In this document: positions 27,288 through 34,540 of the stretch, piece after piece
How the letters are laid out: each line of letters starts with the position of its first letter
How positions within the stretch are numbered: position 1 is the first letter of the stretch
Assembly: GCA_046313915.1 (NCBI GenBank)
Contig: JBKBXX010000002.1
Span: 14,449 to 78,448 of the forward strand
Reading direction: 5' to 3'
DNA length: 64,000 nt
From: Burkholderiales bacterium
GTDB lineage: Bacteria; Pseudomonadota; Gammaproteobacteria; Burkholderiales; SG8-41
Position numbers and translations under genes: made by a program
The notes under the pieces: generated by a model
The model's database searches: none
What the model was told of the DNA's origin: nothing
The model's input: the letters and a program-made list of their open reading frames with translations, nothing else

Positions 27288-28991
27288 ATGGCGCGGCCCG
27301 AAAAAGTCCGCCTCGGCGAAATCCTGGTGGAGCAGAAGCTGCTCACCGAGGAACAGCTGAAGCTCGCCCTCGAGGAGCAGAAGCGCAGCGGCCGCCGGCT
27401 CGGCCGCGTACTCGTCGAAAGCGGCATCCTCACCGAGGAACAGATTTCCGAAGCGCTTTCGCGCCAGCTGCAGATCCCGTACGTCAATCTCAGGCACTTC
27501 AACATCAAGCCCGAGGTGATGCGCATGCTTCCTGAAGCGCGCGCGCGGCGTTTCCGCGCCATCGTGCTCGACGACGACGGCAAGTCGGTGAAGATCGGCA
27601 TGGCCGATCCGACCGATCTCAACGCCTACGATCAGATCGCGCGCCTGCTCAAGCGCGACATCGATGTGTGGGTGGTGACCGAAAGCCAGCTGCTGGAGAC
27701 CATCGACCGCTTCTACCGCCGCACCGAGCAGATCACCGATCTCACCCAGGAGCTCGAAGCCGAATTCTCCGATACCGCGGTCGATTTCGGCGCGCTGGCG
27801 GCAACACCCGGAATCGAGGAAGCGCCGGTCGTCAAACTGCTGCAGACCATATTCGAAGATGCGACCCAGGTGCGCGCTTCCGACATCCATATCGAGCCGC
27901 AGGAGCGCCGCCTGCATATCCGCTTCCGCATCGATGGCGTGCTGCATCTGCAGACCGAAGCCGACCTGCGGATCGCCTCGGCGCTGGTGCTGCGCCTGAA
28001 GCTCATGTCGGGGCTCGACATTTCGGAAAAGCGCCTGCCGCAGGACGGCCGCTTCAACGTCAAGGTGCGCCAAGCTCAGATCGACGTGCGGGTATCGACC
28101 ATGCCCACCCAGTATGGCGAATCGGTGGTGATGCGTTTGCTCAACCAGTCGACTGGCATCCTCGGGCTCGACCGTCTGGGCATTCCCGCGCCCATGCTCG
28201 CGCGCATACGCGAAGTGATCGCCCGTCCCAGCGGCATGGTGCTGGTGACCGGGCCGACCGGCAGCGGGAAAACCACCACGCTCTACGCGGTGCTGTCGGA
28301 GCTCAACTCGGTGCAATCCAAGATCATTACCGTGGAAGATCCCGTCGAATACCGCCTGCCGGGAATCAACCAGGTACAGGTGCACGAAAAAATCGGGCTG
28401 ACTTTCGACCGCGTGCTGCGTTCGGCATTGCGCCAGGATCCCGACATCATCCTGGTGGGCGAAATGCGCGATCGCGACACGGTGGAAACCGGTCTGAGGG
28501 CGGCATTGACCGGCCACCTGGTGCTTTCCACCCTGCACACCAATGACGCGGTGAGCACGCCGGTGCGGCTGCTCGACATGGGCGCGCCGCGCTACATGGT
28601 GGCGCTGTCGCTGCAAATGGTGATCGCGCAGCGGCTGGTGCGGGTGATCTGCGAAAGCTGCGCCCGGCCCTACACGCTGCGGCCCAATGAGCACGAGTGG
28701 CTGAAGCTCGAACTGGGCGAGCGCGTCGACAGCTTTTCCTATCTGCGCGGCCAGGGCTGCTCGCACTGCAACGGCACCGGCTATCTCGGCCGCACCGGCG
28801 TCTACGAAATGCTGGAAATGACCAAACCGGTGGTGGAGGCGGCAAACCAGCCTGACCCCAATGTTTTCATCGCTGCGGGCCGCAGGCAGATGGACGGCAA
28901 GACGCTGCGTCACCACGCGGCCCAGCTCGTGGCGCAGGGCAGGACCACGGTCTACGAGGCGATGCGGGTTTCGAGCCAGTTCGAGGACTGA
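27288..28991 (+). CDS. mshE: MSHA-type pilus assembly ATPase MshE (GspE/PilB family with an MshEN c-di-GMP-binding N-terminus)
   Basis: N-terminus RLGEILVEQKLLTEEQLKLALEEQ...RLGRVLVESGILTEEQISEALSRQ (two MshEN-type repeats). Walker A GPTGSGKTTT, a tetracysteine motif (CESC...CSHC) and GspE boxes. Confidence 0.9.
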   Translation: MARPEKVRLGEILVEQKLLTEEQLKLALEEQKRSGRRLGRVLVESGILTEEQISEALSRQLQIPYVNLRHFNIKPEVMRMLPEARARRFRAIVLDDDGKSVKIGMADPTDLNAYDQIARLLKRDIDVWVVTESQLLETIDRFYRRTEQITDLTQELEAEFSDTAVDFGALAATPGIEEAPVVKLLQTIFEDATQVRASDIHIEPQERRLHIRFRIDGVLHLQTEADLRIASALVLRLKLMSGLDISEKRLPQDGRFNVKVRQAQIDVRVSTMPTQYGESVVMRLLNQSTGILGLDRLGIPAPMLARIREVIARPSGMVLVTGPTGSGKTTTLYAVLSELNSVQSKIITVEDPVEYRLPGINQVQVHEKIGLTFDRVLRSALRQDPDIILVGEMRDRDTVETGLRAALTGHLVLSTLHTNDAVSTPVRLLDMGAPRYMVALSLQMVIAQRLVRVICESCARPYTLRPNEHEWLKLELGERVDSFSYLRGQGCSHCNGTGYLGRTGVYEMLEMTKPVVEAANQPDPNVFIAAGRRQMDGKTLRHHAAQLVAQGRTTVYEAMRVSSQFED

Positions 28992-29004
28992 GGGCGAGAC
29001 GACG

Positions 29005-30231
29005 ATGGCGCTTTTCGCCTACAAGGGACGCGATGCCCAGGGCGCGCTGGTGCACGGCACGATGGAAGGCCCCGACAGCGCCGCGGTGGCGGGCAGGCTC
29101 TCGGGCATGGGCGTGATCCCGCTCGAAATCCGCGCTTCCCCGGCAACGACGGCGGACGCCTGGGGCGGGCTGCTTGCGCGCCTGAAACGCGACAAGGTGA
29201 CGAATCTGGACATCCTGCTGTTCTGTCGCCAGATGTACACCTTGCTGAAAGCGGGCGTGCCCATGACGCGGGCCCTTGCCGGTCTGCAGGATTCCACCAC
29301 CAACACGCAGTTCAAGGCGGTTCTGGGCCGGGTGCGCGAAGGGCTCGACAGCGGCCGCGAGCTTTCCGCTTCGCTGCAGCGCGAAGCGCCGCTTTTCTCG
29401 CCTTTTTTCATCAGCATGGTGCGCACCGGCGAGATGACCGGCAGGCTCGAGGAAATTTTTCTCGAGCTTTTCAACCATCTCGAATTCGAAAACTATATGC
29501 GCGACCAGATCCGCTCGGCGCTGCGCTATCCTGCTTTCGTGGTGGTGGCGATGGCGATCGCGCTGGTGGTGGTCAGCATTTTCGTGATCCCGGTGTTCGC
29601 CAAGGTTTTCATGGGCTTCGGCAAGGAGTTGCCGCTCATGACGCGAATCATCGTCGGTTATTCCAATTTCATGGTGGCGGCGTGGCCGCTGCTGCTGGGG
29701 GCGCTGATCATCGCGGTGACCGTTTTCCGCGCTTTCGTGAAGACGCCCCGCGGCAAGTACTGGTGGGACGGGTTCAAGCTGCGCGTCCCGATCGCCGGCA
29801 AGATCGTATTGAAAGCCATCATGGCGCGCTTCGCCCGCAGTTTCGCGCTGGCGTATCGCAGCGGCGTTCCCATGATGCAGGTGCTGAGCCTCGTGGCGGA
29901 AGTGGTCGACAACGATTTCATCGCCGAGCGGGTGGAAAAAATGCGGCAAGGTGTGGAACGCGGCGAGAGTGTGCTGCGGACCGCGAACGAGGCGGGCATT
30001 TTCACGCCGCTGGTGCTGCAGATGATCGCGGTGGGCGAGGAATCGGGCGCGCTCGACGATCTGCTGCAGGAAGCCGCCGCGATGTACCAGCGCGAAGTCG
30101 AGTACGAGTTGAAGACCCTGAGCGCCCAGGTCGAGCCGCTCCTGATCATGGGGCTGGGCGTGCTGGTGCTGATCCTCGCGCTGGGCGTCTTTCTGCCGAT
30201 GTGGGATCTCGGCCGGGCGGCCTTGCACTAG
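29005..30231 (+). CDS. mshG: Type II secretion system F-family platform protein (MshG)
   Basis: MALFAYKGRDAQGALVHGTMEG... with duplicated GspF domains and three TM segments. It directly follows mshE. Confidence 0.88.
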   Translation: MALFAYKGRDAQGALVHGTMEGPDSAAVAGRLSGMGVIPLEIRASPATTADAWGGLLARLKRDKVTNLDILLFCRQMYTLLKAGVPMTRALAGLQDSTTNTQFKAVLGRVREGLDSGRELSASLQREAPLFSPFFISMVRTGEMTGRLEEIFLELFNHLEFENYMRDQIRSALRYPAFVVVAMAIALVVVSIFVIPVFAKVFMGFGKELPLMTRIIVGYSNFMVAAWPLLLGALIIAVTVFRAFVKTPRGKYWWDGFKLRVPIAGKIVLKAIMARFARSFALAYRSGVPMMQVLSLVAEVVDNDFIAERVEKMRQGVERGESVLRTANEAGIFTPLVLQMIAVGEESGALDDLLQEAAAMYQREVEYELKTLSAQVEPLLIMGLGVLVLILALGVFLPMWDLGRAALH

Positions 30232-30292
30232 CCGCGGGCGCGGCTGCCCGGCGGGTCGGCGGCGGGGGGCGACTTGCGGCGCGAGCGGGCGT

Positions 30293-30298
30293 TATAAT
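30293..30298 (+). promoter_or_regulatory. Isolated perfect TATAAT hexamer 80 nt upstream of pilin A1 (weak -35)
   Basis: GCGTTATAATGG sits in an otherwise GC-rich spacer. No good TTGACA lies at 16-18 nt. Confidence 0.25.
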
Positions 30299-30377
30299 GG
30301 GTGATGAAAAGCGCGTGGGCAGCCTATCTTTGCGGCGCTGGCCGGGGCGGTTGCCCGCGCAAGCATACGGAGGGCGG

Positions 30378-30758
30378 ATGAAAAACCCCGAGGCAGGTTT
30401 CACCCTGCTGGAACTGGTGACGGTGATCGTGCTGGTCGGCATTCTCGCTGCGGCGGCGACGGCGCGGTTCGTGGATTTCAGAAACGACGCCAACCAGGCG
30501 GTGCTCAAAGGGCTTGCCGCGCAGCTGGGCGCGGCGATGGAGTTGAACAAGAACGCGCGCCTGATGAACATGACTTATGCCGTGACCATCAACGACTGCT
30601 CGCAGGCGGGCGTGCTGCTGAGCGGCGGCCTGCCGACCGGCTATACGCTCGCGGCGAAACCGCTGACCCTGCCTTTCGAGACGGGAATATGCACGGTGTC
30701 GGCAGTCGCGCCCGGCACCCAGAGCGCGACTTTCATCGGCTACGGCATCAGCTCATAA
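30378..30758 (+). CDS. Type IV (MSHA-type) pilin, class A paralog 1, prepilin N-terminal methylation domain
   Basis: MKNPEAGFTLLELVTVIVLVGILAAAATARF..., a C-terminal Cys pair, and the ending TFIGYGISS. GGAGGG RBS. Confidence 0.88.
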   Translation: MKNPEAGFTLLELVTVIVLVGILAAAATARFVDFRNDANQAVLKGLAAQLGAAMELNKNARLMNMTYAVTINDCSQAGVLLSGGLPTGYTLAAKPLTLPFETGICTVSAVAPGTQSATFIGYGISS

Positions 30759-30788
30759 AAAAACCGGGCGCGGCTGCGCCCGCTTTTG
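30757..30788. terminator. Bidirectional rho-independent terminator between convergent pilin genes
   Basis: A7 run, CGGGCGC GGCT GCGCCCG stem-loop (30765-30782), then CTTTTG. The T7 run is on the minus-strand side. Confidence 0.65.
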
Positions 30789-30794
30789 CGCGGC

Positions 30795-31274
30795 TTACGA
30801 GCAGTCGCTGACCACCACGGTATAGGTGGGCGGGCTCGTCGAATCCAGCGCTTTTTTGTATCCCACTTCGCAAAGTTTTGGATCCTGCGCCTTGGAATGC
30901 TGGAAGGCGCCGTCGGGATAAGCGGTGTCGGCTCCGACGACGACGTCCGCCGTCAGATTCAGCGCTTTTGCGAGCTCGGTGGCGTTCTTGGCGTAGCCAT
31001 AGACCAGCTCTATGCTGGAGTTACCGGTGCCGTCGCCTTTGGGGTACGAGATGGTGGCGCCGGCGGACAGCGCCACGACGTTGGCGATCGACGCTTTGGC
31101 GAAAATCGAATCGTTGGCCTGTTTCATCGCGCCCGCCGTGCTCCGGATCACGCCGGCGCGTGCATCCGCGCCCAGGCTTACGAGCCGCGGCACTGCCACG
31201 GCGGCGAGGATGCCGACGATGGTGATGGTGACCACCAGCTCGGTCAGGGTAAAACCGGATTGTGTGGATTTCAT
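30795..31274 (-). CDS. Type IV pilin, class B paralog 1 (PilA-like, C-terminal disulfide loop ending ...VSDCS)
   Basis: MKSTQSGFTLTELVVTITIVGILAAVAVPRL... ; C-terminus KLCEVGYKKALDSTSPPTYTVVVSDCS. Start at the internal ATG 31274. Confidence 0.88.
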   Translation of the reverse strand: MKSTQSGFTLTELVVTITIVGILAAVAVPRLVSLGADARAGVIRSTAGAMKQANDSIFAKASIANVVALSAGATISYPKGDGTGNSSIELVYGYAKNATELAKALNLTADVVVGADTAYPDGAFQHSKAQDPKLCEVGYKKALDSTSPPTYTVVVSDCS

Positions 31275-31415
31275 GTGATCCCTCCGAACGAAAGCCGCCT
31301 GCTGCACCGAGGCGGCGCAGCAGGGGCGGAAAAACGGATTTTCGGCTTGACTGGTCATGTCCGGCAGCGCGCCGCCGCGCGACGGGCTGTGGCAGCGCGC
31401 CGCTTCATCGGCGGC

Positions 31416-31961
31416 TTACGAGCAGTCGCTGACGAGGATGAGGACCATGGGCACCGTGCTGGTGCTGGCCGCTTTCGTGTAGCCGGCCTCGCACTTGGAA
31501 GGATCCTGGGCTTTGGTATGCCGGATGGTGCCGTCGGGACCGATCAGGGTGGCTGCCGTGATACCGGTGTAACTCGAGTTATAGAGCAGCGCGGTGGCAC
31601 CGAGTGCGGAGTTGTCGACCGTGCCGACGGCGACGTCGGGGTGCGCGACCAGGGCCTTGTACAATTCCGCGGCGTTTGCGGCAAAGCCGTAGTGAATGTT
31701 GATGGTTTGTCCGCCGAGAGAGACAAAGGCATTCGCGTTGCCCGACGACAGATTCACGATGTTCAGGCTCGACGCCTTGGAAAAAATGGTGTCGTTGGCG
31801 TGTTTCATTGCGTCGGCCGTATTTTTGATCACCGATTCCCTCGCGTCCGTGCTCAGGTTGGCAAACCGCGGGATGGCGACCGCGGCGAGAACGCCGACGA
31901 TCGTGACGGTCGTGACCAGTTCCACCAGCGTAAAGCCGGTTTGCTGCTTGATCGTTTTCAT
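31416..31961 (-). CDS. Type IV pilin, class B paralog 2 (PilA-like, ending ...VSDCS)
   Basis: MKTIKQQTGFTLVELVTTVTIVGVLAAVAIPRF... ; C-terminus SKCEAGYTKAASTSTVPMVLILVSDCS. SD AAGGGGGG. Confidence 0.88.
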   Translation of the reverse strand: MKTIKQQTGFTLVELVTTVTIVGVLAAVAIPRFANLSTDARESVIKNTADAMKHANDTIFSKASSLNIVNLSSGNANAFVSLGGQTINIHYGFAANAAELYKALVAHPDVAVGTVDNSALGATALLYNSSYTGITAATLIGPDGTIRHTKAQDPSKCEAGYTKAASTSTVPMVLILVSDCS

Positions 31962-32073
31962 GTTGCACCCCCCTTAGGAAAGGGCCGCAGCCCTCGAAAG
32001 ACAGGGCCGCAACCCTGCCTACACTCCGCCTAATATACCTACGCTAGAGGGTCGATGCCGGTTTGTCAAATTT

Positions 32074-32089
32074 TGTGAAATTTTTCACG
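32074..32089. promoter_or_regulatory. CRP/Vfr-like palindrome upstream of pilin B2
   Basis: TGTGA AATTTT TCACG matches 9 of 10 positions of TGTGA-N6-TCACA. It lies 113-128 nt upstream of ATG 31961. A minus-strand TTGACA sits at 32069-32064. Confidence 0.35.
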
Positions 32090-32145
32090 GCAGGTGCTTC
32101 TTGCGAGATGGCGTCCGGGGGTCGCGCTCGCGGCGCTGCTCCGGC

Positions 32146-32715
32146 TCAGGGCGTCTTGAGCACCTCCAGATCTTTGACGTAGCAGTGCGCCGAAGCCGCT
32201 TGGACCCTGACCAACCCCATATCCAAGTCATTGATTTTCAACGTTTCTGAGGTTTTGACCACGCCCCAGTAGATCGCGCGGTTGACATCGAGGCGGGCGC
32301 CGCTCGCGGAACGGTGTTCACACGCGATGTCTATGCCCCGGACGTCGTGGGCGCCGTTGTTGGTCAGCACGACGTCTATCCGCATCGGCGTGCCGATGCC
32401 GCTGGGGCGCCAGCTGTAGTGAAAATCGATGTCGCGGATCGCTGCGGCGCGGGCTTGCACTGCCGGATCGGGCTCGCGCGGTGGCGGGGCAAACCACTCC
32501 ACGCTCCGGTAGCGGTGGTAAGTGATCGAGCCGGCCACGATCAACAAGACGCCGACCACCAGCGCGAGCTTCGACACGGGGCGCCTTATCCTTGCTCCGC
32601 ATTTCGGACAAACCGTGGTCTCGGCACTGACCTGCTGCCAGCAGCGTTTGCATCGGATATGCGCCAAATCGTTTTCTCTCGTTCCAGGGTGAGGGCGAGC
32701 CGTCCGCCGCCTCAT
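32146..32715 (-). CDS. Hypothetical zinc-ribbon / single-TM protein
   Basis: CKRCWQQVSAETTVCPKCG zinc ribbon, a TM segment (LALVVGVLLIVAGSI), then a roughly 120-aa extracytoplasmic domain. No family recognised. Confidence 0.5.
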   Translation of the reverse strand: MRRRTARPHPGTRENDLAHIRCKRCWQQVSAETTVCPKCGARIRRPVSKLALVVGVLLIVAGSITYHRYRSVEWFAPPPREPDPAVQARAAAIRDIDFHYSWRPSGIGTPMRIDVVLTNNGAHDVRGIDIACEHRSASGARLDVNRAIYWGVVKTSETLKINDLDMGLVRVQAASAHCYVKDLEVLKTP

Positions 32716-32899
32716 GCACTCGTTGCCCTAGCATAGAGCAAGTCCGGGGCGCGGGCCACACCGCTTTCGTTCTTTCTCGGGCGCCGCTTCCCGGCACGGC
32801 AAGCGCTTTCCGCGGCGGCGCGATATACTATGACTATGCTTTCGGCTTGCAATGAAACGGCTGACGGCGGAGCGGAAAGCCTGATTCGGGGGGAGTGAA

Positions 32900-33523
32900 A
32901 TGAGTGCTGGCCTGGATTTGCTGGCGGAGGTCCTCAGGAGCGGTTTCGTGGCCGTGCTGCTGCTGGGATGCGTGGCGAGCCTCGCCTACGGCGTGTGGCT
33001 GCTGCTGCAGCCCGAGCAGGCGTTGCGTTTCAACCGGCGCGTCAGCGCGTGGGTGTCTACCGAGAAAGTCGTGCAGACGCTGGACCAGCCGCATTCGATC
33101 GAGCGCATCGTCTACCGCTACCACCGCATCTATGGCGCCTTGCTGCTGGCGGGTGGGTTGTTCACGCTCTACGTGATGGCGGCCGGCCGCTGGAGCCGCG
33201 ACGTGAGAAGCGCGCTCGGTCTGGGCGAATGGTCGTGGCTGGTGGGCGACGTCACGAGCGCGTTGATGGTCATCATCGGCATACTCGCGACGGCGCTCGG
33301 CATCGTCATCGTGATCAGGCCCAGCCTGTTGCGCGGCATCGAGGCGCGGCTCAACCGCTGGATCGCCACCGACCAAGACCTGCAGCCGCTCGACAGCGTC
33401 CACGATGCTCCCGACCGCTTTGCCGCGCGCCACGCGCGGGCGGTGGCAGTGCTGATCGTCGCCGGCAGCCTCTACGTGCTGGTGGCGCTGGCGCCGCTGT
33501 GGCGCACGTTGTTGTCATTCTGA
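32900..33523 (+). CDS. Hypothetical integral membrane protein (about 4 TM)
   Basis: 207-aa ORF with hydrophobic segments (FVAVLLLGCVASLAYGVWLLL, IYGALLLAGGLFTLYVMAA, ALMVIIGILATALGIVIVI, AVAVLIVAGSLYVLVALAPLW). It is divergent from the zinc-ribbon gene. Confidence 0.55.
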   Translation: MSAGLDLLAEVLRSGFVAVLLLGCVASLAYGVWLLLQPEQALRFNRRVSAWVSTEKVVQTLDQPHSIERIVYRYHRIYGALLLAGGLFTLYVMAAGRWSRDVRSALGLGEWSWLVGDVTSALMVIIGILATALGIVIVIRPSLLRGIEARLNRWIATDQDLQPLDSVHDAPDRFAARHARAVAVLIVAGSLYVLVALAPLWRTLLSF

Positions 33524-33714
33524 GCCGGCTCGCCGCAGAGGTTTGCGTCGGCGTCCGATATGTGGTAGAAAGTCGGTTGCTGGGAGTAGTCGGAAGGAGC
33601 GCTGCGGGGAACGACAACGCAGGGATTCCGCAGCGCTCTTCGAGAGCCAACAGCCGGCCTGGGAACTGCGGTTCCGGGCCGGGGGGCTGCGGCCCCTTTC
33701 AAAAGGAGCAAAAA

Positions 33715-34095
33715 ATGAAAAACAGGCAGCAAGCGGGTTTCACCCTCATCGAGCTGGTTCTGGTCATCGTGATTCTGGGCATACTGGCGGCGGTAGCGGT
33801 GCCGCGGTTCATCGATGTCAAGTCCGACGCCGCCAAGGCAGCGACGAAGGGCGTGGCGGCGAGCCTGCAGGCGGCAGCGGCGATGAACAAGGCGGAGCGT
33901 CTGATCAAAGGCTCGAGCACGTCGTACAACGCGACCGAGTGCGCGGCGTACACCGCAAAGCTCGACGCCTTCCCGAGTGGCTACACGGTCACTGGCACTT
34001 TGACGACGGGAACCAATTTCCCTTCTGGAAGCTGCACCGTGGCCGGGCCTGAAAGCGAAACCGCGACCTTCGTCGGTTACGGGATCAGCGGCTAG
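33715..34095 (+). CDS. Type IV (MSHA-type) pilin, class A paralog 2
   Basis: AAGGAG RBS. MKNRQQAGFTLIELVLVIVILGILAAVAVPRF... ending TFVGYGISG. Same length (126 aa) as the 30378 gene. Confidence 0.88.
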   Translation: MKNRQQAGFTLIELVLVIVILGILAAVAVPRFIDVKSDAAKAATKGVAASLQAAAAMNKAERLIKGSSTSYNATECAAYTAKLDAFPSGYTVTGTLTTGTNFPSGSCTVAGPESETATFVGYGISG

Positions 34096-34203
34096 AACAC
34101 ATTCCGGCTTGAAGCACAGACGCATCACCCGGGCGGTGGCCTGCCCGGGTGCGGGTTTGGGCGCGCGCCGGCTTGCAGCCGGTTTCCCGGGTCGCGGCCG
34201 AGC

Positions 34204-34518
34204 ATGAGCATTTTCGGATTCACTCCCCGCAAGCGCGTCGATGAAACCGCGAAGAAGCTCGCGCGCGAGTTCTTCCGCCTGTGTCCGCCCGCGGCACCGG
34301 CCAAGGGCGGGCAGCCGTCCGAAAAGAAAATCGAAAGCGCGCTCGCCGAAATCTACAAACAGGCCAAAGCGTTCCGCCGCGAAAACCGGCTCGGCGTGCT
34401 CAACCGTGCGCGTTTCGCCAAGGTCTTCCAGGACGAACTGGCGGCGCTCGGCTATCCATCCGAATCGTTCACCAAAGTGACGACCGCGCTGGTGATCAAC
34501 GCGCTGTCGGGCGACTAG
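34204..34518 (+). CDS. Hypothetical protein (104 aa)
   Basis: MSIFGFTPRKRVDETAKKLAREFF... is a helical, basic ORF between pilin A2 and the GT41 gene. No family recognised. Confidence 0.45.
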   Translation: MSIFGFTPRKRVDETAKKLAREFFRLCPPAAPAKGGQPSEKKIESALAEIYKQAKAFRRENRLGVLNRARFAKVFQDELAALGYPSESFTKVTTALVINALSGD

Positions 34519-34540
34519 CGCCACGCGCGGTCTGCGAGCG

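Noticed and set aside
30378-34095. Invertible pilin segment (Piv/shufflon-type antigenic variation)
   Set aside because: The opposite-strand pilin N-termini are only about 70 percent similar. I found no long identical inverted repeats and no recombinase gene in or near the segment.
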